Shown here: positions 1-8,486 of the stretch, one piece after another
How the letters are laid out: each line of letters starts with the position of its first letter
Position numbering within the stretch: the first letter of the stretch is position 1
DNA from: Microcella sp.
GTDB taxonomy: Bacteria > Actinomycetota > Actinomycetes > Actinomycetales > Microbacteriaceae
Direction: 5' to 3'
Assembly: GCF_019739195.1 (NCBI RefSeq)
Contig: NZ_JAHHDS010000003.1
Coordinates: 2,467,705-2,531,704, forward strand
Length of the DNA: 64,000 nucleotides
Made by a program: the position numbers and the translations under genes
Notes under the pieces: model-generated
What the model was told of the DNA's origin: nothing
Database searches by the model: none
The model's input: only the letters and a program-made list of their open reading frames with translations

Positions 1-947
1 GTCGCCGCGGCGCCGTGCGGCCGAAGAGCGAGGCCGAGCTCAACCCCTTCCGTGAGCAGTTCGCGCAGATGTTCGCGGATCTCAAGAAGCAGAAGAAGGT
101 CGACTCGTACCTCGCGCACAACATGACCGTGACGCCGACCAACCTCGACGAGGTCGAGCAGGTCACGCGCGACGTGCTCGAGATGAACTACGACATGATG
201 TCGTTTCAGCCCGCGGCCTTCATCGGTGACGACCGCCGCTGGAAAGAGAACTTTCAAGAGGTCACGATCGACGCGGTGTGGGATCGCATCGAGGCCGGCG
301 TCGGCCAGAAGCTGCCGCACAAGGCCGTGCAGTTCGGCGACCCGCGCTGCAACCGCCACACGGTCGGCGTCATGGTCGAAGGCCGCTTCGCCTCGGTGCT
401 CGACGCCGACGAGCCGAAAGACATCGCCGCGCGCGACCGCTTCTTGAAGCACTACGGCGGCATGATCTTCGGCGACATTCCGACCTGGGCCCTCACGATC
501 AAGGTCATGCGCGCCGTGCTGAGCCACCCGCAAGACCTGCCGCCCATGATCGGGCTCGTCAACCGCATTCTGAAGCGCGGCGGCGGCTTGCGCGCCGTGA
601 TTCGCGCGGCCCGTCGGGGCAAGGTCAGCTTCAAGACGTTCGTCGTGCACAATTTCATGGATGCTGAGCAGGTGAAGCCCGCCTGGCAGCTCATGCAGCA
701 GGGTGTTGTGGCCGATGACCCGCTCATCAAAGAGACGCAAGAGCGCCTCGGCTCGTGCATGTATGCCATGGCGCACCCCGAGACCGGCGAGATCGTGCCC
801 GCCTGCGTGCAGCACTCAGTGCTCGACCCGATCGAGAACATCGGACTGCGCACGCTGCTGCCGCTCGAGCCGAAGGGCGAGCGGACGACGGGCATCACGA
901 ACGGTCGCGCGGCCGAGCTCGTAGAAGAAGGCGCATCGCGCTGGTAG
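1..947 (+). CDS. Conserved protein, C-terminal ~310 aa only (gene continues beyond the left edge). Function unassigned; possibly the C-terminal domain of a radical-SAM-type enzyme
   Basis: The frame is open from base 3, and the first codon of tracked ORF 15..947 is an internal GTG. GC3 bias is strong. The tail carries Cys residues (GSCMYAMAHPETGEIVPACVQH). The family suggestion is from memory only. Confidence 0.55.
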   Translation, partial: RRGAVRPKSEAELNPFREQFAQMFADLKKQKKVDSYLAHNMTVTPTNLDEVEQVTRDVLEMNYDMMSFQPAAFIGDDRRWKENFQEVTIDAVWDRIEAGVGQKLPHKAVQFGDPRCNRHTVGVMVEGRFASVLDADEPKDIAARDRFLKHYGGMIFGDIPTWALTIKVMRAVLSHPQDLPPMIGLVNRILKRGGGLRAVIRAARRGKVSFKTFVVHNFMDAEQVKPAWQLMQQGVVADDPLIKETQERLGSCMYAMAHPETGEIVPACVQHSVLDPIENIGLRTLLPLEPKGERTTGITNGRAAELVEEGASRW

Positions 948-986
948 TCGGGATGCCCTGCCACGGCAGGGTGCGGTTGTGCCCGG

Positions 987-2042
987 CTACGGCAGGGGCA
1001 CGACCGTGCACGCCGAGCGGGGGATGTGCGCCGTCGCGCTCTGACCGACCACGAGGGGGCGGCTCGCGGGCACTTCGGCCTCGAGCACGCCGTCACCGCA
1101 CGCGAGCGTGATCTCGGCGCGGGGTCCGCGCGCGCGCCGATCGGCGACGACGACCTCGACGCCCACCATGCCGGGCGGCACCTCGACCGGCAGCGTCGAG
1201 ACGTGCACGGCCTCGTGACGCACGACGAGCATCCCCGGGCCGTCGGCCCAGCTGTCGCCGTCGGGGGCCGGCACCGAGCCGATCGCCGAATGGTGCACGC
1301 CTGACCGCACCTCGCCCGCGAGCTCGATGCGGCCGCCCATGAGGCGCGAGACCTCGATCGACTTCGGGCGCGTGTAGAGGCGCTCGACGGTGTCGTGCTG
1401 CAGAAGGCGCCCCGTGCTCAGCAGGGCGACGCGGTCGGCGACCACGGCGGCCTCGTCGCGGTCGTGCGTGACCATGACGATCGTCGGGTTGAGTTGGCGG
1501 CGAATCTGCCCGAGCAGGTTGTGCATGTCGGCCCGCAGTTCGGGGTCGAGGGCGCTGAACGGCTCGTCGAGCAGCAGCACGCGGGGGCGCGCGGCAAGCG
1601 CGCGGGCGAGCGCGACGCGCTGTTCCTGCCCGCCTGAGAGGGCCGTGATCGAGCGGTCGCCGAATCCCTCGAGCTGCACGAGCTCGAGAAACTGCCGGGC
1701 GTCGGCGCGCGCCTCGCTCTTGGGCTGCCCCGCGACTGTCGCCACGAAGGCGACGTTGTCGAGCACGCTCAAGTGCGGAAACAGCAGCGGACGCTGAAAA
1801 ACCATCGCCATGCCGCGCCGCTCGGGCGCGACCCCCGCGACATCGGTGCCGTCGACGAGAATGCGCCCGCTCGACGGCACGTCGAGGCCGGCGATCGACC
1901 GCAGCACCGTGCTCTTGCCCGAACCCGAGGGGCCGAGCACGGCGAGGCACTCGCCGGCGGAGACGGCGAACGAGACTCCGTCAAGCGCCGTCGTGCCGCC
2001 AAATGCCTTGGTCAGGGCGTCGATCTCGAGAGTGGCGCTCAC
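987..2042 (-). CDS. ABC transporter ATP-binding protein (PotA/FbpC-like, with a C-terminal TOBE-like extension)
   Basis: Walker A GPSGSGKST, signature LSGGQEQRVALARAL and Walker B LLLDEPFSALD are present. It overlaps the upstream permease gene by 4 bp. Confidence 0.9.
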   Translation of the reverse strand: MSATLEIDALTKAFGGTTALDGVSFAVSAGECLAVLGPSGSGKSTVLRSIAGLDVPSSGRILVDGTDVAGVAPERRGMAMVFQRPLLFPHLSVLDNVAFVATVAGQPKSEARADARQFLELVQLEGFGDRSITALSGGQEQRVALARALAARPRVLLLDEPFSALDPELRADMHNLLGQIRRQLNPTIVMVTHDRDEAAVVADRVALLSTGRLLQHDTVERLYTRPKSIEVSRLMGGRIELAGEVRSGVHHSAIGSVPAPDGDSWADGPGMLVVRHEAVHVSTLPVEVPPGMVGVEVVVADRRARGPRAEITLACGDGVLEAEVPASRPLVVGQSATAHIPRSACTVVPLP

Positions 2043-2947
2043 GGTGAACCTTTCGGTGACTGGCTGGCGGTGGGCCCGTGCAGGTAGCTCGCGGTTGGAT
2101 ACCTGCGGCCGAAGCGGCCCAGAGCCAGTAGCAGCACGAGCGGGGGCACGATCGCGCTCACCGAGAGCACGGCGACGACGGCGTCATTGCCCACCCCCGC
2201 GGCGAACGAGGCGACGAGCAGCGGCAGCGTGACGATCGTGCCGCCGCCGACGAGCACGGTGATGACGTAGTCGCTCCAGCCGACGAGGAAGGCGAGGAAG
2301 GCCGCGCGGGCGAGTCCCGGGGCGACGAGCGGCAGGTGCACGCGCCAGAGAACGTGCCAGCGGGATGCTCCGAGCGTGCGCGCCTCGTCTTCATAGGCGA
2401 GGTCGTGCGCCGCGTAGGCGACGCGCATCGTGTAGACCGTGTAGGGCAGGGCGGCGGCGACGAGCAGAATCACCACGCCGACGACCCCCGGAACCCTCGC
2501 GCGCAGCAGCACGATCGTGAGCCCCATGACGGCCACGAAGGCGGGCAGGGCGAGGGGTGCGAGCAGGATGCCGCTCACGAGCCGCGGGAACGGCACGGCT
2601 CCTCGTGTCAGGGCACGAGCCGCCATCGCCCCGATGGGCGTCGCAATGGCAGCCACGACGAGCGCCAGCACGAGGGACCTCCCGAACGCCGGCACGGCCC
2701 CGTTCGCGAGCGCAGAGGTGACCCCGTCGAAGCCCCACTCGGTGGGCAGCGCGGCCGGAACACTCCAGCGGTCGGCGAAGAACCACAGCAGCAGCGGCAC
2801 GAGCGGCAGGGCGAACCACACGGTGAGCAGCGCGGCGACGGTGAGGCGCAGGGCACGACCGCCCGGCCGCGGGCGCATGAGCCCGCGGCTCGAGACCGTG
2901 CGGTCGTCGGGGGTGACGCGTTGCCCGTAGGGGATCAGCATGGCCAT
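2039..2947 (-). CDS. ABC transporter permease (second membrane component)
   Basis: Multi-TM protein with an EAA-type loop (YEDEARTLGASRWHVLWRVHLPLV). I trimmed tracked ORF 2039..3388 to the ATG at 2947, which lies 6 nt after the stop of the preceding permease. Confidence 0.85.
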   Translation of the reverse strand: MAMLIPYGQRVTPDDRTVSSRGLMRPRPGGRALRLTVAALLTVWFALPLVPLLLWFFADRWSVPAALPTEWGFDGVTSALANGAVPAFGRSLVLALVVAAIATPIGAMAARALTRGAVPFPRLVSGILLAPLALPAFVAVMGLTIVLLRARVPGVVGVVILLVAAALPYTVYTMRVAYAAHDLAYEDEARTLGASRWHVLWRVHLPLVAPGLARAAFLAFLVGWSDYVITVLVGGGTIVTLPLLVASFAAGVGNDAVVAVLSVSAIVPPLVLLLALGRFGRRYPTASYLHGPTASQSPKGSP

Positions 2948-2952
2948 GGCGC

Positions 2953-3897
2953 CTACTTCCACAGCGGCGTGCGCCGCAGGCAGGCCATGCCGATCGCGAC
3001 GACCGCGAGCGAGATCGCCGTCGTGACGACCGCGACGGCTGCCGCCTCGGGCCGCGAGGTCAGCGTGATCGAGTCGAACAGGCGAAAGGCGAGTACGGGC
3101 AGTGGCTCGGGATAGGGGCGGCCGAGCAGCCAGGCCACCTCGTACGAGCCGAACGTGTAGACGAAGATGATGATGGCGCTCACGATGACCGCGGGGCGGG
3201 CGAGCGGGATGACGACGTGGCGCAGCCGTCGCGCACGACCCGCGCCGAGCAGCGCGGCCGTCTCGTCGTAGCGGGCGACGCGCGTGGCGAGCACCGCAGC
3301 GACCACGAGCGCGACGAACGCCGACTCCTTCCAGGTGTACTCGAGCACGACGGCGACCCACCAGGGCCCGCCGACGAGGTCGGGCCATTCCGTGCCGGGT
3401 ATACCGAGCATCCGCGGAATGATGCCCGCGTCAGAGATCAGCAGGCCGATCGCGGCCGCGCCGATGAGGTGGGGGATCGGGATGGTGAGGGCGCTCACCG
3501 CCGCGACGATGCGGCCCGTGCGACGGCCCTGCGTGATGACGACCGCGGCGGTGAGTCCGATGATGCACGAGAGCACGGTCGAGGCCGTCGCGATCGCGAG
3601 CGAGAGCCCCGTTCCGATGAGCAGCTCCTCACCGTTGGCGAGGTAGGCGTCGAGGCTGAGGCTCGGAACGCCGACGAGCGGTAGCAGGCCGAGGCTCTGC
3701 ACGAGCGACATGCCGATGCCGCCGATGACGACGAAGCCCGCGATGAGCAGCGCGGGGGAGACGAGCGCGAGCGACACCCAGCGTCGGGAGCCCGCAGTGC
3801 GGGTTCCCGACGCTGGGAGGTCGATCGCGACGATGGTGGCGCGCCCTACTGCGTGAGCACGAGCTGGCGCCAGCCCTCGTCGATGGGCGTGACCCAT
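2953..3897 (-). CDS. ABC transporter permease (first membrane component)
   Basis: Multi-TM protein with an EAA-type loop (YDETAALLGAGRARRLRHVVIPLARP). The start is uncertain: ATG 3897 overlaps the SBP gene by about 50 nt, and GTG 3777 is the alternative. Confidence 0.75.
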   Translation of the reverse strand: MGHAHRRGLAPARAHAVGRATIVAIDLPASGTRTAGSRRWVSLALVSPALLIAGFVVIGGIGMSLVQSLGLLPLVGVPSLSLDAYLANGEELLIGTGLSLAIATASTVLSCIIGLTAAVVITQGRRTGRIVAAVSALTIPIPHLIGAAAIGLLISDAGIIPRMLGIPGTEWPDLVGGPWWVAVVLEYTWKESAFVALVVAAVLATRVARYDETAALLGAGRARRLRHVVIPLARPAVIVSAIIIFVYTFGSYEVAWLLGRPYPEPLPVLAFRLFDSITLTSRPEAAAVAVVTTAISLAVVAIGMACLRRTPLWK

Positions 3898-5087
3898 GCG
3901 GCGGCGAGCTCGGGGTTGGCGTTCTCGCTCAGCACGTCGTAGCTGGGCACGACGGGCGACTCGGGCAGCGCCTCGAACAGTGCGCGCTGCTCGTCGCTCA
4001 GCTGGTCGAGGTCGAGCACCGTGAACTGGCCCCACACGTCGGGCTCGGCCTTGGCCGCCTGCTGCTCGGCCGAGAGGGCGAGGTTGGCGACGACCATCGC
4101 GCCGGCCTTGCTGCCGGAGGTCGAGGCGAGGCCGAGGAAGCTCGCGTTGCCGACGGTGCCCTCATCAAACGTGAGCACCTTCGTGCCGGCGGGGTACGTG
4201 CCGTTGGCCACGAGCTCGGTGAGCGTCGCGGGGCCGTAGGTCATCGTGAAGTCGACCTCGCCGTCGGCGAAGAGCTGGTTGAGCTCGTTCGAGTCTTGCG
4301 GGTAGGTCTCGCCGCCGCGCCACAGGCTCGGCTCGAGGTCTTGCAGCTCGGCGTAGAGCGCCGGCGTCAGGGCGTCGAAGTCGTCTTGGCTGAACGCGAG
4401 CGGCACGTTCTCGTACCCGCCGCTGACGCTGTAGAGCACCTCGCGCACGAAGACCGAGCCCGTGAAGTCGGGCGGAGCCGGGTAGGTGAAGCGGCCCTGG
4501 TTTGCGCGCGCCCAGTCGAGCAGCTCGTCGAGCGAGGTCGGCACGTCGGTGACGGTGTCGCTGTTGTAGACGAAAGTGAACTGCGCCTTGTGCCACGGAG
4601 CCTCGCAGCCGTCGACGGGCGTGCCGAAGTCGTCGAGCAGCAGCGGGTCAGCGGGGTCGGTCAGCGCCATGTTGGGCAGCAGGTCGGTCCAGCCGCACTC
4701 CCACGCGCCGGCCTCTTTGCCGGTGCCGAAGTTGTTGCCGTTGACCCACACGAGGTCGACTTCGCCGTCGGTCTCGCCCGCCTGCACTTCGCTGAGAATG
4801 CGGTTGAGGGCGTCGGGTGTGTCGGCGATCGGCACCTGCTCGAGCGTGACGCCGAGCTCGGCCGCTGCGGGCACGAGCACGTCGTTGACGTAGGCGTTGC
4901 CCTGCTCGTCGCCGCCGTACATCCAGAGCTTGACGGTCTGGCCTTCGGCCGCCGCGACGACCTCGTCCCAGCTCGCGTACGACTGGTCGTCGGCGCTCGC
5001 CGGGGCTGAGCACGCGGCCAGGGTCATAACGAGGCCGGAGGTGATCGCCAGAGCGACCCCCGAGCGGTGTCGGCGCTGTGGTGACAT
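3846..5087 (-). CDS. ABC transporter substrate-binding lipoprotein (family 1 solute-binding protein, substrate unknown)
   Basis: Signal peptide with lipobox LAAC (MSPQRRHRSGVALAITSGLVMTLAACS). An AAGGAG SD lies upstream. It is the first gene of the four-gene minus-strand importer operon. Confidence 0.85.
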   Translation of the reverse strand: MSPQRRHRSGVALAITSGLVMTLAACSAPASADDQSYASWDEVVAAAEGQTVKLWMYGGDEQGNAYVNDVLVPAAAELGVTLEQVPIADTPDALNRILSEVQAGETDGEVDLVWVNGNNFGTGKEAGAWECGWTDLLPNMALTDPADPLLLDDFGTPVDGCEAPWHKAQFTFVYNSDTVTDVPTSLDELLDWARANQGRFTYPAPPDFTGSVFVREVLYSVSGGYENVPLAFSQDDFDALTPALYAELQDLEPSLWRGGETYPQDSNELNQLFADGEVDFTMTYGPATLTELVANGTYPAGTKVLTFDEGTVGNASFLGLASTSGSKAGAMVVANLALSAEQQAAKAEPDVWGQFTVLDLDQLSDEQRALFEALPESPVVPSYDVLSENANPELAAAWVTPIDEGWRQLVLTQ

Positions 5088-5162
5088 GGGTTCTCCTTGG
5101 TGAAGAATCGGTGAAGAGCACTTCAGGGTACGCGACGCCCCGTCGACCTAGACTGACGCACC

Positions 5163-5894
5163 ATGAGCAGCGCGCAGTGTGATCCCGACTACACAGCGCG
5201 ACACTCGCGCCGCTGGTCGGCTTCGGTCGTTCGAGCCATCGCTCTCGGGGTATTCGTCGCCCTCGCCGTAGCGGTTGGGCTGATCGTCGGAGTTCCTCCG
5301 CTCGAACAGGTGCAGCAGACGGTCGCGTCGTGGGGTTGGGCCGGCGGCGCGGTGTTCGTGGCGCTCTACGCGGCGATCACCCTGACTCCGGCGCCCAAGA
5401 ACGTGCTCTCGGTCGCGGCCGGGTTGATCTTCGGTTTCGCCGGTGCGCTCGCCCTCGTGTACCTCGGCGCGCTGCTGGGGGCGGCGGCGGCGTTCGGGCT
5501 CGGCCGCTCGCTGGGCCGTGACGCCGTGGAGCGCTACACGGGCACGCGAGTGGCCCGCCTCGACGAACTGTTGCGCAGGCGCGGGCTCGCTGCGGTCATC
5601 GGCGTGCGACTGATTCCGATCATCCCGTTCACCGCCATCAATTACGGGGCAGGCCTGACCGCAGTACGCCTGCGCGACTACGCCCTCGGTACGGCGATCG
5701 GCATCATTCCGGGGTCGGCGGCCTACGTTGCACTCGGCGCGTTCGGCCTCGAGTTCGGCTGGCCCGCCTGGGTAGCGATCGGCGTGCTCGGTGCACTCAC
5801 CCTCGCGGGAGCCATCTGGGCCGAGCGAGGGCGCCGAATACGCCGTGACAGCGCGGCCGCCGCGCCCGAGACCGAACGAGACACGGAGAACTGA
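5163..5894 (+). CDS. TVP38/TMEM64 (DedA-related, SNARE-associated/VTT domain) membrane protein
   Basis: Multi-pass membrane protein with the family core (LTPAPKNVLSVAAGLIFG ... VRLIPIIPFTAINYGAGLT). TAGACT (5149-5154) sits 8 nt before the ATG. Confidence 0.8.
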   Translation: MSSAQCDPDYTARHSRRWSASVVRAIALGVFVALAVAVGLIVGVPPLEQVQQTVASWGWAGGAVFVALYAAITLTPAPKNVLSVAAGLIFGFAGALALVYLGALLGAAAAFGLGRSLGRDAVERYTGTRVARLDELLRRRGLAAVIGVRLIPIIPFTAINYGAGLTAVRLRDYALGTAIGIIPGSAAYVALGAFGLEFGWPAWVAIGVLGALTLAGAIWAERGRRIRRDSAAAAPETERDTEN

Positions 5895-6556
5895 TGCTCG
5901 ATCGCCCGATGCGCGCCCTCATCGCCCGGCCGACGGATGCTCTCGCGCGCGCCCTCGACCGCCCCGGCATCACTCCCGATGGTCTGACGGTCGCCGGACT
6001 CATGATCGGGCTGGCATCGGCGGTCTTCGCGGGGCTGCAGTGGTGGGCCGCGGCGCTCGTGCTGTGGCTTCTGTCGCGCGTCGTCGACGGAGTCGACGGC
6101 GCCCTCGCACGCCGCCGCCGCGCTGCGCCCGCCGGCTCGCCCGCCGCTCAGGTCGGCGAGTCGCCCGGCACCCCGCACAGCGAGGCCGGCGGCTTCCTCG
6201 ACATCACCGCCGACTTCGTCGTCTACGGCGCGACGGTCATCGGCGTCGCGGTCGGCGCGACGACGGCGTTCGATGCCCCCTGGTGGCCCTTTCTCGCGGT
6301 GCTGTTCGCGTACTACATCAACGGCGCGGCCTTCTTGGCGTTCTCGTCGATCGCCGAGCGCACGGGGCGGCAGCTCGACGACGGCCGCTCGCTGTCGTTC
6401 CTCGGCCGCATCGCCGAGGGCACCGAGACAATCGTCGTGCACGCGCTGTGGCTGATTCTGCCCTTCTGGGCAGCGCCGATCGCCGTCGGCTGGGCGGCCC
6501 TCGTCGGCGTGAGTGCCGTGCAGCGCATGGTGGCGGGCTATCGCGCCCTGCGCTGA
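5894..6556 (+). CDS. CDP-alcohol phosphatidyltransferase family protein
   Basis: The signature D-G-x2-A-R...G-x3-D-x3-D is present as DGVDGALAR-[25 aa]-GGFLDITAD. The start ATG shares one base with the upstream TGA (TGATG). Confidence 0.8.
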   Translation: MLDRPMRALIARPTDALARALDRPGITPDGLTVAGLMIGLASAVFAGLQWWAAALVLWLLSRVVDGVDGALARRRRAAPAGSPAAQVGESPGTPHSEAGGFLDITADFVVYGATVIGVAVGATTAFDAPWWPFLAVLFAYYINGAAFLAFSSIAERTGRQLDDGRSLSFLGRIAEGTETIVVHALWLILPFWAAPIAVGWAALVGVSAVQRMVAGYRALR

Positions 6557-6622
6557 ACTCCCCATCGCGTGCCCCGTGCCGCGACCATCCGCGCGCCGCG
6601 TCGCAACGTCGGCCCCGCCCCT

Positions 6623-6722
6623 GCCCACGCCCGTCTTCGCCCACGCCTCGCCCTCGCCCATGCCCGTCCTCGGCCACGCTCTGCCCCTGCCCACGTCCCG
6701 CACCTGCCCATGCCCGTGCTCG
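6623..6722. repeat. Degenerate tandem repeat: six 16-17-bp GCCCAYGCCCGTCCTCG-like units, with a 50-bp higher-order period
   Basis: Read directly from the sequence. Units begin at 6623, 6639, 6656, 6673, 6689 and 6706. Units 3 and 6 (GCCCATGCCCGT[C/G]CTCG) match at 16 of 17 positions. The array lies in a noncoding gap between convergent genes. Confidence 0.7.
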
Positions 6723-6751
6723 TTCCCTCCTCCGCCGACCCCACCCGCGGA

Positions 6752-6812
6752 CACTTCAACGGATGCGGAACAATATGAATCGCATTCGCATAGTTCCGCA
6801 TCCGTTGAAGTG
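6752..6812. repeat. Perfect 20-bp inverted repeat with a 21-nt AT-rich loop. Candidate bidirectional U-tract-less terminator or structured RNA / protein-binding site
   Basis: CACTTCAACGGATGCGGAAC (6752-6771) is the exact reverse complement of GTTCCGCATCCGTTGAAGTG (6793-6812). The loop AATATGAATCGCATTCGCATA contains the sub-palindromes TATG..CATA and GAAT-CGC-ATTC. Confidence 0.75.
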
Positions 6813-6872
6813 CAGCGGAGGCTATGCCGAGGGGGCGCGTCGGTCGGCCCGCGGCAACAGCAGGCGGTGCGC

Positions 6873-6931
6873 GGCAGACGCGGGGCGCCTCGTGAGGCAG
6901 ACGCGGCGCACCTCGTGAGGCAGCGGCGTGA
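6873..6931. repeat. Tandem 23-bp direct repeat, about 2.5 copies
   Basis: GGCAGACGCGGGGCGCCTCGTGA (6873-6895) is followed by GGCAGACGCGGCGCACCTCGTGA (6896-6918) and a partial copy GGCAGCGGCGTGA. Confidence 0.7.
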
Positions 6932-6979
6932 ACGGCCGCCGAGCGGCGGACCGGCGCGATGCAGGCGGGGCTGCGCGGG

Positions 6980-8446
6980 CTAACGGGTCGTGACGCGGCG
7001 CCAGCGCGCGAGCAGCCGGATCACGGGAGCGATCGACCCGCTCTCGAGCCGCACTCGAACGTCGGCGATCGCCGCGTTCCACAAGGCGTCGCTGTAGGTC
7101 GGGTAGGGGTGGGTCGTGCTCGCGATGTCGCTCGTGCGGATGCCCTGCCGCACGGCGAGCGCAGCCTCACCGATTGATTCGCCCGCCCGCGGGCCCACGA
7201 TGACCGCGCCGCGCACGCGGCCCTTGCGGTCGACGACGATGCGCGCAAAGCCGGCAACGTCGCCCTCGGCGATCGCCCGGTCGGTGTGCGCGTGCTGCAC
7301 CTCGACCACGTGGCAGTTCTCAGCCTCGGCGTCTGCGGGCGCGAGACCCACGGCTGCGACCTCGGGGTGCGTGAACGTGACGCGCGGCACGGCAGCAGCA
7401 TCCACTCGGCGACGCAGCCCGAGCGCCGCATTCGTGGCCGCGAGGCTGCCGTTGACGCCCGCGATGTGGGTGAACTGCGGCAGACCGCTGACGTCGCCCG
7501 CCGACCAGATGCGGCGGTTGCTCGTGCGCAGCGAGGTGTCGACCTGCACGTAGCCGCGCTCGTCGAGCGCCACCCCGGCCGCCTCGACATCGAGACCCTC
7601 GAGACGCGGCGAACGGCCGAGCGCGACGAGCAGGCGGTCGAAGGGCACGGCAGACCCATCAGAGAGGTGCAGGATGCCCGCACCCGCATCGCCCGACCGC
7701 TCGACCCGCTCCACCGTCGTCGACACCCGCACGTCGATGCCGTCGCGCACCATCGCCGCGGCGACCAGAGTCGAGGCGTCGGGGTCCTCTTTCGGCAGCA
7801 CGCGCGTGTTGCGCTGCACGAGCGACACACGGGTGCCGAGGCGCGCGAAGGCCTGGCTGAGCTCAGAGCCGATCGCGCCCGCGCCGAGAACGGCGAGCCG
7901 CTCGGGCTGCTCGGTGAGATCCCACACGTCATCGCTCGTCAGCACGGCCACGTCGTCGATGCCGGGCAGGTCGGGCACCTCGGGCGCCGAACCGGTGGCG
8001 ATGATGGCCTGGCGAAAGCGTACGGCGAGGGGCGCGGCGCCGTCGACCGGCGCGACCTCGGCGCTGCGCGGCCCCGTGAAGCGCGCGCGGCCCATGATGA
8101 CGCGGGCTCCAGTCGCCTCGACCACTTCGGCCGAGTCGGCCGGCTCGATCTCGTGTATCGCCGCGTGCACGTGCTGCATGACGGCCCCGAAGTCGACGCG
8201 CACGCCGTCGACGTGCACGCCCAGCCGAGCGCCGTCGCGGGCTCGCGCGGCGACGTCGGCCGCGGCAATGAGCGACTTCGAGGGCACGCAGCCGGTGTAG
8301 AGGCAGTCGCCGCCCATGCGGTGCGCCTCGACGAGCAGCGTGCTCACACCGAATCGGGCGGCCGTCTTTGCGGCGACGAGTCCGGCGGTGCCGCCCCCGA
8401 TCACGAGCAGGTCGACATCGAGCGGGGCGGCAGAAGCTGCGGTCAT
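6980..8446 (-). CDS. Class I pyridine nucleotide-disulfide oxidoreductase (dihydrolipoyl dehydrogenase / mercuric-reductase-like family)
   Basis: FAD fold LLVIGGGTAGLVAA, redox disulfide GGDCLYTGCVPSK, NAD(P) fold VLGAGAIGSE and a C-terminal HPYPTYSD interface motif are present. I trimmed tracked ORF 6980..8656 to the ATG at 8446. Confidence 0.85.
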   Translation of the reverse strand: MTAASAAPLDVDLLVIGGGTAGLVAAKTAARFGVSTLLVEAHRMGGDCLYTGCVPSKSLIAAADVAARARDGARLGVHVDGVRVDFGAVMQHVHAAIHEIEPADSAEVVEATGARVIMGRARFTGPRSAEVAPVDGAAPLAVRFRQAIIATGSAPEVPDLPGIDDVAVLTSDDVWDLTEQPERLAVLGAGAIGSELSQAFARLGTRVSLVQRNTRVLPKEDPDASTLVAAAMVRDGIDVRVSTTVERVERSGDAGAGILHLSDGSAVPFDRLLVALGRSPRLEGLDVEAAGVALDERGYVQVDTSLRTSNRRIWSAGDVSGLPQFTHIAGVNGSLAATNAALGLRRRVDAAAVPRVTFTHPEVAAVGLAPADAEAENCHVVEVQHAHTDRAIAEGDVAGFARIVVDRKGRVRGAVIVGPRAGESIGEAALAVRQGIRTSDIASTTHPYPTYSDALWNAAIADVRVRLESGSIAPVIRLLARWRRVTTR

Positions 8447-8486
8447 GGGCAGAGAGTATCGCCCGGGCTGCTTGTTAGCCTGGGGC

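Noticed and set aside
2948-3388. N-terminal extensions of tracked ORFs, e.g. 2039..3388, 6980..8656, 17568..18533, 18098..18628, 21493..22581, 22406..23659, 29998..31662, 35992..36561, 38574..40364, 49032..50549, 54650..56257, 56412..57533 and 57547..58248.
   Set aside because: The extensions overlap the upstream gene or a tRNA, are Arg-rich low-complexity sequence, and end at internal ATG/GTG codons. Those internal starts give canonical N-termini and often 4-bp start/stop overlaps, so I trimmed the genes to them.
5099-5117. A direct repeat GGTGAAGA-N3-GGTGAAGA in the SBP / TVP38 divergent region, as a regulator binding site.
   Set aside because: It is only 8 bp repeated twice, and the first copy adjoins the SBP gene's SD region. 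Without comparative data it is not distinguishable from chance.
6623-6722. Whether the 16-17-bp repeat array is a CRISPR array.
   Set aside because: The units are contiguous with no spacers, are degenerate rather than identical, and are too short. No cas genes are present in the window.
5723-6918. Long ORFs 5723..6754 (-) and 5791..6918 (+), which span the end of the TVP38 gene, the whole CDP-alcohol transferase gene and the repeat region.
   Set aside because: They are typical high-GC alternate-frame or antisense ORFs with Arg/Pro/Gly/Ala-rich, motif-free translations. They overlap well-supported genes. The same reasoning rejects 7286..8845, 38394..39350, 39642..40442, 43580..44785, 45347..46861, 47902..49113, 51535..53427, 53070..53885, 54803..56170, 60038..60892, 60604..62616 and the many shorter shadow ORFs.
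6980-8446. Calling the flavoprotein disulfide reductase a mercuric reductase (MerA), or the E3 of the bkd complex.
   Set aside because: There is no N-terminal NmerA metal-binding domain, no C-terminal Cys pair, and no mer genes nearby. It lies 40 kb from the bkd genes and is divergent from a GNAT gene. I therefore left the call at family level.
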